Source of the DNA: Candidatus Amesbacteria bacterium
GTDB lineage: Bacteria; Patescibacteriota; Microgenomatia; CAZETR01; Amesbacteraceae
NCBI GenBank assembly: GCA_027371535.1
Contig: DAHXMV010000003.1
Coordinates: 8,047 to 72,046, forward strand
Reading direction: 5' to 3'
DNA: 64,000 nt
The notes beneath the pieces are model-generated. The model was not told the origin of the DNA, did not search any database, and saw only the letters and a program-made list of their open reading frames with translations. The translations under genes and the position numbers were made by a program. Shown here piece after piece: positions 56,129-64,000 of this stretch; the stretch's first letter is position 1; each line of letters begins with the position of its first letter.

Positions 56129-57487
56129 ATGATCATAAATCTCAGAACACCGGTAAAAGTAAGTGAAGTTTTTAAAAAATTCCGGCTGGCAACCCTTGAA
56201 ATTTACATGGTGGGCGGACTGGTGAGGGACGTTATGCTAAAAAGACAGCTGTATGATTGGGATTTCACCACACCGGCCACACCGGAAGAAATTTTGACGT
56301 TATTCCCGGAGGCTTTTTACGACAATAAATACGGGACGGTGGGAATTCCCATGGGCGAGGGGGAAAGACCGCTGGAAATCACCACGTTCAGGTCAGAAAA
56401 AGGCTACAGCGATTCGAGACATCCCGATGAGGTGACCTGGGGAAAAACCCTGGAGGAAGATCTGATGCGGCGGGATTTTACCATTAACGCCATGGCCCTG
56501 AAGCCCCTGACCGGAAATAAATTTGAAGTGATTGATTTATACCACGGAACGGACGATTTAAATAATAAAATCCTGCGGGCTGTCGGGAATCCGGAGGAGA
56601 GATTTGCCGAAGATGCTCTAAGAATGATGCGGGCCGTGAGGATTACGACCCAACTGGGGTTTGCCATAGAAGAGGAGACTTTTACAGCCATCAAAAACAA
56701 TGCGGCAAAGATTACCGAAATTTCCGCAGAAAGAGTCCGGGATGAATTATTAAAAATTCTGGCAGCAGATTTCCCGGCCGACGGATATCTTCTTCTTCGA
56801 AACTGCGGACTGGGGGAAATTATTCTGCCGGAGATAGAAAAAACCTTCGGGGTGGAACAAAAAAGCCCCGGCAGACATCATATTTACGACGTTGGGACGC
56901 ACAGCGTAGAGGCCCTCAGAAACTGCCCAAGTCATGACCCGATTACCCGGCTGGCCACCCTGATCCACGACGCGGGAAAAGCCAGAACCCAAAGGATCTA
57001 TCCCGACGGCAGAATCACATTTTACAACCATGAAATGGAGAGTGAAAAAATCGCCCTGGCAATTTCCGAACGGCTGAGGTTTTCCAATGAACAAAAGGAT
57101 AAATTTGTCCGGCTGGTCAGATGGCATCAATTTTCCGTGGATGAAAAACAAACCGACAGTGCCATCCGCAGATTTCTGAAAAATACGGGGTTGGCCAATG
57201 TATGGGACATGCTGGACCTGAGAACCGGCGACCGCCTGGGGGGAGGAGCCAGGGAAACCAGCTGGAGGCTGGAGGAATTTAAAAAAAGATTGATTGAGGT
57301 GCAAAAACAACCCTTCAGTATTCCGGATTTGAAAATCTCCGGTAATGACATTATGGAAATGAAAAAAATTACCTCCGGGCCGCTGGTAGGCAAATACCTG
57401 GAGAAAATATTTACCGAAGTGACGGAGTATAATCTGCCCAATGAACGGGGGATTTTGTTAAAAAGGCTCTCGGAAATAAACTTGTAA
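56129..57487 (+). CDS. CCA-adding enzyme / poly(A) polymerase family with HD domain
   Basis: VGGLVRD, DWD, EITTFR, RRDFTINA, EDALR, HDAGK. Confidence 0.93.
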   Translation: MIINLRTPVKVSEVFKKFRLATLEIYMVGGLVRDVMLKRQLYDWDFTTPATPEEILTLFPEAFYDNKYGTVGIPMGEGERPLEITTFRSEKGYSDSRHPDEVTWGKTLEEDLMRRDFTINAMALKPLTGNKFEVIDLYHGTDDLNNKILRAVGNPEERFAEDALRMMRAVRITTQLGFAIEEETFTAIKNNAAKITEISAERVRDELLKILAADFPADGYLLLRNCGLGEIILPEIEKTFGVEQKSPGRHHIYDVGTHSVEALRNCPSHDPITRLATLIHDAGKARTQRIYPDGRITFYNHEMESEKIALAISERLRFSNEQKDKFVRLVRWHQFSVDEKQTDSAIRRFLKNTGLANVWDMLDLRTGDRLGGGARETSWRLEEFKKRLIEVQKQPFSIPDLKISGNDIMEMKKITSGPLVGKYLEKIFTEVTEYNLPNERGILLKRLSEINL

Positions 57488-57522
57488 TATGTAAAGAAAT
57501 TTATGGATAGGCAATTAAGCAA

Positions 57523-58056
57523 ATGGAAATATTTATTCTCCTGATCATCCTGGTTATCACAACCGTTATTTTTGTCTGGACAATTTATATGATTATAGGA
57601 GACGCCGCGGGGGCGCCGTTTGTGACCGTAGATGATAATGTGCTGGTAAAAATACTGGAACAGATGAAGTTGAAAAAGGGGTCAGATTTTTGGGATCTGG
57701 GCAGCGGAAACGGAAAAGCGGTATTCCTGGCGGTGAGAAAATACGGGACTTTCGGATACGGGACGGAGATTAATCCCCTGCTGGTCCTATATTGCAGGAT
57801 AAAGGCTGGCCTATCGGGATCGAAAAAGGTAAAATTTGAAATGAATAATTTATTTAAAACAGATATCAGCCGGGCTGATTATATTTATTTTTACTTATTT
57901 AAGGGAACCGTGGAAAAAGTATCACAAAAACTGGAAAAAGAATGCCGGCCAGGGACAATGGTCGCATCCAGAGGGTTTGAAATATTCAGATGGAAAAATA
58001 GACTGACCCGGATTTTGGAAACCAACGGCTGGAAAACTTATTTTTATAAGGTCTAG
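57523..58056 (+). CDS. membrane-anchored class I SAM-dependent methyltransferase (FAM173-like)
   Basis: N-terminal TM, GAPFV, DLGSGNG, GTEINP, YFYLF. Confidence 0.85.
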   Translation: MEIFILLIILVITTVIFVWTIYMIIGDAAGAPFVTVDDNVLVKILEQMKLKKGSDFWDLGSGNGKAVFLAVRKYGTFGYGTEINPLLVLYCRIKAGLSGSKKVKFEMNNLFKTDISRADYIYFYLFKGTVEKVSQKLEKECRPGTMVASRGFEIFRWKNRLTRILETNGWKTYFYKV

Positions 58057-58058
58057 TT

Positions 58059-58598
58059 ATGTGGTGGAAAGTAATCGCCGAATGGGTAATTTTAATAATT
58101 CAGTTCGGACTGGCGATTTTTATGTTTTATATGATGGCGGCATTTTATACCGGGGCACCCCTCGTTTTAACCAGGAGAAAAATCATTAAAAAAATGCTGG
58201 ATGAGGCCGGGCTGAAACCGGGCCAATTATTTATTGAGCTGGGCTGCGCGGAGGGGCGGGTATTAAGAACCGCAGTCAAAGATTACCATGTCCGTGGCAT
58301 GGGATATGAAATAAATTTTTTCCTGGTATGGTGGGGCAGAATCATGGCCGGACTGCAGCACTTAAAAAATATCAGGTTTATAGTCAAAAACTTCTGGAAA
58401 GCGGATTTGTCCGGAGCGGATGTGATTTATGCCTATCTGTTTCCGGATACCATGCAAAAATTAAAAGTCATCTTCGATAAAACCGGGAAAAAGAATTTAC
58501 TGGTAATTTCCAGAGTGTTTGAAATCAAAGGCTGGGAAAATAAACTGATCAAGAAAATTCCGGAGGGGGATGACTGGATTTATTATTACAGGAAATAG
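58059..58598 (+). CDS. membrane-anchored class I SAM-dependent methyltransferase (FAM173-like), tandem paralogue
   Basis: TM, GAPLV, ELGCAEG, GYEIN, YAYLFP. Confidence 0.85.
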   Translation: MWWKVIAEWVILIIQFGLAIFMFYMMAAFYTGAPLVLTRRKIIKKMLDEAGLKPGQLFIELGCAEGRVLRTAVKDYHVRGMGYEINFFLVWWGRIMAGLQHLKNIRFIVKNFWKADLSGADVIYAYLFPDTMQKLKVIFDKTGKKNLLVISRVFEIKGWENKLIKKIPEGDDWIYYYRK

Positions 58599-58607
58599 GT
58601 TTTTAAC

Positions 58608-60971
58608 GTGTCAGAAATTACCATTCCAGGATACGGTACAAGCAAAGACGCAGGCCGACCAAGGTTACTACCTCACGATATATTGGAAAAAAACATAGTT
58701 GTTCCAATGATCGACTTTGCCGATAAACCACTTGCTGAACAGACAATTAAATACTTTCCCCAGGAGAAATCAGAAGAACTGGCAAGGCAAATTACAGTCA
58801 AGGATTTTAATGAAATTATATTCGGAGGCCTACCTGAAAATTTAAGAAAAGCGATAAGTTTGTCTCCTGAAGAGGTTCGGGAATTAATAAATACGGATGT
58901 TCAGGAAAGAGCGGAAGACAGAACAACAGTCATTTTACAGATAAAAGCAAAAAATTTAGTGGCAGCCTATATCAGCCAGGCGGCGGCGGAAGAATTGAAA
59001 AGGCTGGATCTGACGGGCTATAAACTTTCCGAAGTCGATAAAACCGTATTAGAAGCCGTCCAAGGCCAGGCAGAAGATAGAACCCGGGAACTAATAGAGT
59101 TGGAAGAAGAGGTTCAAATTCTTAAGAAGTGGCCCGGAGCCGATGCAAAAGATTTGGTAAGACAAAAAAGAAAACTGCTGTATGAAACAAATCTACTGGC
59201 GGGATTGGCGATTTCAACGGAACACGTATCCCCGGAAATGTACAGATTTTCCAACTTCCATAAAGGTTTGATGCAAGCAACTTTGAAGAATTCAGCAGGA
59301 TTAGTCGCCGACAGAGCCTCCGGGATTTATACCAGAGAAAATGCAGGGACATTTGCCCACCTTTTGGGATTAAATATTGCCAGAGAAAAAATGCTACCCG
59401 CGTTGACGCCGACAAATGATTATGGCGTGGAAGTATTTACCTCCGGGATGGGCGCATTGGGATCGGTTTTAGAATCAATATCCCAGGCATGGCATCCTGA
59501 CACCATCATGGCATCCGGTATTTATTTTGAATTACCCGTGGTAGCACAAAACGCAAATACAATTAAGGAGGTCGAACCGGTGGGCGAAAATTTTTATTTT
59601 GATATAGCTACCAAATTAAAACAGGGCCAAAAACCTTTGGCAGTTTTTGCCCAGCCTTTCAGCAGCGGTGTGGATGATATGGTGGTGGATACAAAGAGAA
59701 TCCTGGAAATTATAAAAAACAATGACGGCAATCAACCGGTATTCTTAGTTTTGGATACCACCATGCACGGAGTAAATATAAATTTTTGGCCGCAGGTTAA
59801 TGAAATTACCAGTGCAGGAAAAGACTTCACCCTAATTGAAATTCAGAGCTTGGTGAAGCACGGCCAATTGGGATTGGATGCCGTACCGGGAGGCGTAGCA
59901 TTGGCTTACGGAACCCATCCGGAAATAATCAGTACAACCATAGGCAGCCGGGCTACAATGATGCCAGAAGCAAACGCAGCCGTGCTATTTCCCTTTTTGG
60001 GAGAAGTCCAGTCACACCGGATTGAAAGAGCAGGAAGGAATGCTGAATACCTGGCGAAAGGCCTGTCAGAATCACAAAAAGATAACCCTTTGATTGACAG
60101 TGTGTATTACGCTCCGACGGCAGATGAAGCAGCCAAAAAAGTCAGCAGCCAATATGAAACAAAATCGCCGATCTTATTTTTAAAACTCAATCCGGTAATT
60201 CCGGAACGAACGCTGGTTTTTTGGTTATCAGATTTGTCCGGTATAAATTACAATTTTCCCGAGTCAGGAATCGGAACCAGCTACGGCTTTGACGGCACCC
60301 GGTTTGAAAATATTCCCATTGGCCGCGACGGAGGCGTGAGTATCAGAATTGCTGCAGGTCAGGAATCCATGCTTCAGGTTATGGCCCTGGAAAAGTACCT
60401 AGATTATTATCTTAACAAACCGGAGTTGAATGAATATGTAAGCAGGGATTTAAAAAGCGAAATCAGACAGATAGTCAGCCCGATGGAATATCAAAAAGAA
60501 GATTTTAAATATAGCTTCTATTTTCTTCCAGGAATGAATCGCAATTCTAATTCCGATAAATATTTACAAAATATGGAAAATGGCCGCGTTTTGAGATATT
60601 TTTCGGATCAGGTCCGGGGGCGGTTGCTGGTTAAGGAATTTACCGATAAACCCGGATTGGCAACCCGACTGGAAATAACCCAAAAGGAAATTGAAGATCT
60701 GAAAGGTACTTTTGATAAACCGGAAGAAATTAACCAGATATTTACATCCTGGATGATTACACAGCCGGAATATATCGGTGCATTGAGGCATAAATTGGCA
60801 ATCAGAGGTAAGATGCCGTCTGAAGAAACCACTTATCAGATCGCCAGACTGGTCACGGATAATAAGGCGGTAAAAATAATTCTTGGACCGATTGCCAAAA
60901 TGTCAAACCAAATTCTGGCAGATTTGAAAGATAAATTTGAGGAAAAAACAGGATTCAAGCTCCCGGGATAA
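58608..60971 (+). CDS. large protein with central Cys/Met-metabolism PLP-dependent (fold type I) domain
   Basis: FTSGMGA, LDTT, QSLVKHGQLG.D...GG, SYGF, IRIAAG. Confidence 0.7.
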   Translation: MSEITIPGYGTSKDAGRPRLLPHDILEKNIVVPMIDFADKPLAEQTIKYFPQEKSEELARQITVKDFNEIIFGGLPENLRKAISLSPEEVRELINTDVQERAEDRTTVILQIKAKNLVAAYISQAAAEELKRLDLTGYKLSEVDKTVLEAVQGQAEDRTRELIELEEEVQILKKWPGADAKDLVRQKRKLLYETNLLAGLAISTEHVSPEMYRFSNFHKGLMQATLKNSAGLVADRASGIYTRENAGTFAHLLGLNIAREKMLPALTPTNDYGVEVFTSGMGALGSVLESISQAWHPDTIMASGIYFELPVVAQNANTIKEVEPVGENFYFDIATKLKQGQKPLAVFAQPFSSGVDDMVVDTKRILEIIKNNDGNQPVFLVLDTTMHGVNINFWPQVNEITSAGKDFTLIEIQSLVKHGQLGLDAVPGGVALAYGTHPEIISTTIGSRATMMPEANAAVLFPFLGEVQSHRIERAGRNAEYLAKGLSESQKDNPLIDSVYYAPTADEAAKKVSSQYETKSPILFLKLNPVIPERTLVFWLSDLSGINYNFPESGIGTSYGFDGTRFENIPIGRDGGVSIRIAAGQESMLQVMALEKYLDYYLNKPELNEYVSRDLKSEIRQIVSPMEYQKEDFKYSFYFLPGMNRNSNSDKYLQNMENGRVLRYFSDQVRGRLLVKEFTDKPGLATRLEITQKEIEDLKGTFDKPEEINQIFTSWMITQPEYIGALRHKLAIRGKMPSEETTYQIARLVTDNKAVKIILGPIAKMSNQILADLKDKFEEKTGFKLPG

Positions 60972-60976
60972 ATAAA

Positions 60977-61186
60977 TCAGACCCGGGGGAGTTTTTGGGG
61001 GTTGGCATGAAAACGGAGTTCTTTCCAGGCTTTTTGGGTCCGCTGCCGGATGAGATACCTGACAATATCTTCAGGTGATAATTCGGGTTTTTCCGGAGGC
61101 GGTTTGTTATTAAGAGCCTCCCGGGAAATAGAAGTTACGCCTGATTCCCGTAATAAATCCAAAATAAACTGTTTTTTTCCGATCAT
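60977..61186 (-). CDS. small hypothetical protein
   Basis: 69-aa ORF filling the intergenic space. Confidence 0.4.
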   Translation of the reverse strand: MIGKKQFILDLLRESGVTSISREALNNKPPPEKPELSPEDIVRYLIRQRTQKAWKELRFHANPQKLPRV

Positions 61187-61241
61187 TTTTTTCGGTCATT
61201 AAACGGCGATTTTAGCGCTTATTGAAACCGCAGGATGACTT

Positions 61242-61457
61242 ATGCATAATTTAGGGGTGAAGGAAACCCAGGTAACAATGGGAAGGGGGGGAGGTTTGTT
61301 GGATACGGTAACCATTGAAAAAGCCGGTGATTGCAAACGGGATCAATGTCCGTTTAAAAAAATCTGCGACAGGGATAACGGAACCGTTACCTTACTTTTT
61401 AAACACGGCGTGACCAGTGATACGATAGAAGAAGTTAAACAGGCTCCCTGCGTATAA
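61242..61457 (+). CDS. small Cys-containing hypothetical protein
   Basis: 71 aa, C-x4-CP-x4-C plus a terminal C. Confidence 0.45.
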   Translation: MHNLGVKETQVTMGRGGGLLDTVTIEKAGDCKRDQCPFKKICDRDNGTVTLLFKHGVTSDTIEEVKQAPCV

Positions 61458-61488
61458 ACTTAGGTATATATTTTGATAAAATTTACCG

Positions 61489-62094
61489 GTGAAAGAAATA
61501 TACAGACACTTCGAGCTGGCAGATCAGGTAATTTTTGAACAATTAAAGAAAATGAATTTGAGGAGGCTGAAACTAAATACAGACCAGAAAACATATTTCA
61601 AAAAGCTGTGCAGGGAAATAATCGGGCAGCAGCTGGCAGGAAAAGCTGCAGAGGCGATTACCGGCAGATTTGAAAAATTATTTACCAAAGTTGGAATAGA
61701 ACCTAAAAATATATTAGAGGTAAAAGAACAGGACTTGAGAAATATCGGGATGTCATGGGCTAAAGTCAGATATGTGAGGAATCTGGCAGAAGGGGTCAAC
61801 AGCGGTGAAGTTAATCTGGCCGGATTACCCAAATTAAAGGATGAAGAGGTCATCGCGGAGCTGATCAAAGTCAAAGGGGTAGGAAGATGGACAGCGGAAA
61901 TGTTTCTGATATTTACTTTAGGAAGAGAAGACGTTTTTTCTTTCGGGGATTTGGGGTTATTCAGGGGATTTAAAAGATTATATAAAATGACCGATAAACA
62001 GGCAAAAAGAAAAATCAAATCCGTGACGGACAAATGGAGTCCCTACAAAAGTTACGGCTGCCTGGCGTTATGGGAGGCAGCGGAAATTACCTAG
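61489..62094 (+). CDS. DNA-3-methyladenine glycosylase II (AlkA/HhH-GPD family)
   Basis: IIGQQL, KGVGRWTAEM, D.G, WSPYKS. Confidence 0.92.
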   Translation: MKEIYRHFELADQVIFEQLKKMNLRRLKLNTDQKTYFKKLCREIIGQQLAGKAAEAITGRFEKLFTKVGIEPKNILEVKEQDLRNIGMSWAKVRYVRNLAEGVNSGEVNLAGLPKLKDEEVIAELIKVKGVGRWTAEMFLIFTLGREDVFSFGDLGLFRGFKRLYKMTDKQAKRKIKSVTDKWSPYKSYGCLALWEAAEIT

Positions 62095-63008
62095 GTTCGC
62101 TTTTTGGTTTCCCAGAGAACCAGGATGGGGGCGGCGTTGAAGATGCTTGAGTAAGTTCCGGAAACTATACCGATTAAGAGGGCGGCTACAAACCAACGAA
62201 TGGTATCACCGCCAAACATAAGCAATGCAGCCAGTGTGAGAATAACTGTCAGGGAAGTATTTAAAGAGCGGGCCAGTGTCTCAGTGAGAGAAAAGTCCAC
62301 TACCTGCTCGAAAGTGGCCCGGGGCATTTTGGGGAGATTTTCACGGACGCGGTCAAAGACCACAATGGTATCGTGGACGGAAAAACCGATGACGGTTAAA
62401 AGGGCCGTGACAAACAGCGAATCGACTTCGACGTGGTAAAGATGGCCAAAAATGGAAAACAAACCGACAACCACAAACACATCATGCAGCAAAGCGATAA
62501 CGGCGGAAGCTCCGAATTTCCAGGCAGAGTAGGGCTTGGGAATACTGCCAAAAGACCAGGAAATGTAAAGGATAATAAATAAAGAAGCTACGGCCACGGC
62601 CAGCAGGGCGTTCCGGGTGAGTTCCGCCCCGACCACCGGGCCGACAGTTTGAAAACTTTTTTCGGTCACCCGGCCAACTGATGAAGCGAGATCTTTTTGA
62701 TATTGAATATTCTGAGCCTGGGTAAGCGGCTTAAACCGTAAAAGGAAAGTGTTGTCCGAAGAAGACTGGGCAGTGGACAGCTGCAGGTGCTGTTTTTGGG
62801 CAACATTTCGAAAAAGCGCAGTCTGGACAGGTTTGGCGGTCTGGATCTCCAAAAGCGTGCCGCCGGTAAAATCAATGGAAAGCTGCAGGCGGAAAAAGGC
62901 CAATGAGATAATACCGGGAATTAAAACCAGCAAAGACAGGCCGAAGTAGTACCATTTATATTTCATAAACCGGAAATAAGCCGGCTGGGATTTATTTTCT
63001 GTTTCCAT
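62091..63008 (-). CDS. secF: protein translocase subunit SecF
   Basis: IDFTGGT, VGPVVG.EL, HD, GFSVHDTIVVFDRVRE, GTYSSIF. Confidence 0.96.
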   Translation of the reverse strand: METENKSQPAYFRFMKYKWYYFGLSLLVLIPGIISLAFFRLQLSIDFTGGTLLEIQTAKPVQTALFRNVAQKQHLQLSTAQSSSDNTFLLRFKPLTQAQNIQYQKDLASSVGRVTEKSFQTVGPVVGAELTRNALLAVAVASLFIILYISWSFGSIPKPYSAWKFGASAVIALLHDVFVVVGLFSIFGHLYHVEVDSLFVTALLTVIGFSVHDTIVVFDRVRENLPKMPRATFEQVVDFSLTETLARSLNTSLTVILTLAALLMFGGDTIRWFVAALLIGIVSGTYSSIFNAAPILVLWETKKRT

Positions 63009-64000
63009 ATACTGCACGAACCAGTGAACGGGTAATGGTGACTGACGTAAACAGGGAAACCAGGATACCGACAGCCAGGGTAAGAGCAAATCCCCGGACA
63101 GAACCGGTACCAAACCAGAACAGGATAGCGGCAGTAATCAGGGAACTGGCATTACTATCACGGACTGATGTCCAGGCCCGGATAAACCCCAGTTCAATAG
63201 CAGCGCGCATAGGCCGGCCCCAGCGAACTTCCTCCTTGATGCGTTCAAAGATCAGAATATTGGCATCCACAGCCATACCAACGGAGAGAATAAAACCGGC
63301 AATACCGGCCAAAGTCAGGGTCACGGGAATCAACTTGAATAAAGCCAGAGACAGCAGAACATAGATAGTAAGAGCAATGTCTGCCAGAATTCCCCTGGCA
63401 CCATAATTGACCAGCATAAACAATAAAATAATCACAAATCCGATGACCCCGGCAAACAAACTGCGGGTGACGGATTCGGTACCCAAGGTAGCGCCGATAT
63501 TGCGCTGTTCGATAATTTTGATGGGTACGGGCAAGGCTCCAGCATTCAGCTGGATAACCAACGACTTGGCCTGATCCAAAGTAAACCGACCGGTGATGAC
63601 GGCCTTTCCGTCGGGAATTTCCGTCTGAATGGTAGGCGCGGTCAGAACCTGATTATCCAGAAAAATGGCCAGGGGGCGGCCGATATTTGATTTGGTAATC
63701 TGAGCAAATTTCTTTGCCCCGTCCGAGCTGAACTGCAAACCGATCTGGGGTCCGGCATTTAAAGTACCATTGGAGCCGGCGGTATTGTTGAACTGGACCG
63801 ATGCCAGACTTAAATCTTTTCCGGTCAAACCGGTAGAAATAAAATCCGCTTCACTGGAAGGAGTGGCCACTTTGGGCAATCTGAAATCCAGTTGAGCGGT
63901 TTCGCCGATAGTATCAATGGCCTGGGTGACGTCTTTGACGCCGGGCAGTTCGATAATTAAACGATAATTATTGCCAACCTTGGAGGTCTGAATCAGCGGT
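62992..64000 (-). CDS. secD: protein translocase subunit SecD (5' end outside window)
   Basis: LIIELPG, LAIFLD, GALPVP, GMAVDANILIFERIKEE, VRGFA. Confidence 0.96.
   Translation of the reverse strand, partial: PLIQTSKVGNNYRLIIELPGVKDVTQAIDTIGETAQLDFRLPKVATPSSEADFISTGLTGKDLSLASVQFNNTAGSNGTLNAGPQIGLQFSSDGAKKFAQITKSNIGRPLAIFLDNQVLTAPTIQTEIPDGKAVITGRFTLDQAKSLVIQLNAGALPVPIKIIEQRNIGATLGTESVTRSLFAGVIGFVIILLFMLVNYGARGILADIALTIYVLLSLALFKLIPVTLTLAGIAGFILSVGMAVDANILIFERIKEEVRWGRPMRAAIELGFIRAWTSVRDSNASSLITAAILFWFGTGSVRGFALTLAVGILVSLFTSVTITRSLVRAVYGNRK

Noticed and set aside
1-64000. tRNA, rRNA, transposase, integrase or prophage genes
   Set aside because: No T-loop/cloverleaf, rRNA signature or recombinase motif recognised; tRNAscan-SE and ISEScan would be the definitive check

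Overview
Gene-dense, reduced bacterial chromosome segment whose content points to a CPR/Patescibacteria genome, probably Microgenomates-like (inference from gene content). Evidence: giant LamG/DUF2341 surface protein, archaeal-type AspRS, Rel ending after TGS, and many lineage-specific ORFans. Housekeeping genes: metK (partial), a DEAD-box helicase, gltX, aspS, rel, recJ, a CCA-adding enzyme, alkA-like glycosylase and secD/secF. Accessory modules: an ABC exporter, an FMN-bind/ApbE/RnfD-FNR flavinylation operon divergent from msrB/msrA, tandem MgtA-like P-type ATPases and a CsoR-regulated copper operon. Highlights read from the DNA: (1) a NusA N-terminal-like domain fused to a polytopic membrane/VIT protein (TIGR02921-like), split at a C6 tract; (2) a compact SAM-I/IV-type riboswitch whose pseudoknot would bury the metK start codon; (3) an unassigned ~130-nt structured RNA candidate with its own promoter; (4) two leader-peptide/terminator cassettes, one ending R-P-P-stop; (5) window-wide -10 boxes 6-9 nt before start codons (leaderless genes); (6) five pseudogenes that keep both ends but lost their middles; (7) a hairpin-rich 84-bp insert flanked by a 19-bp direct repeat; (8) heptamer micro-repeats, including in-frame ones in recJ. 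No rRNA, tRNA, CRISPR array, transposase or integrase was recognised. All assignments are by eye; no searches were run.
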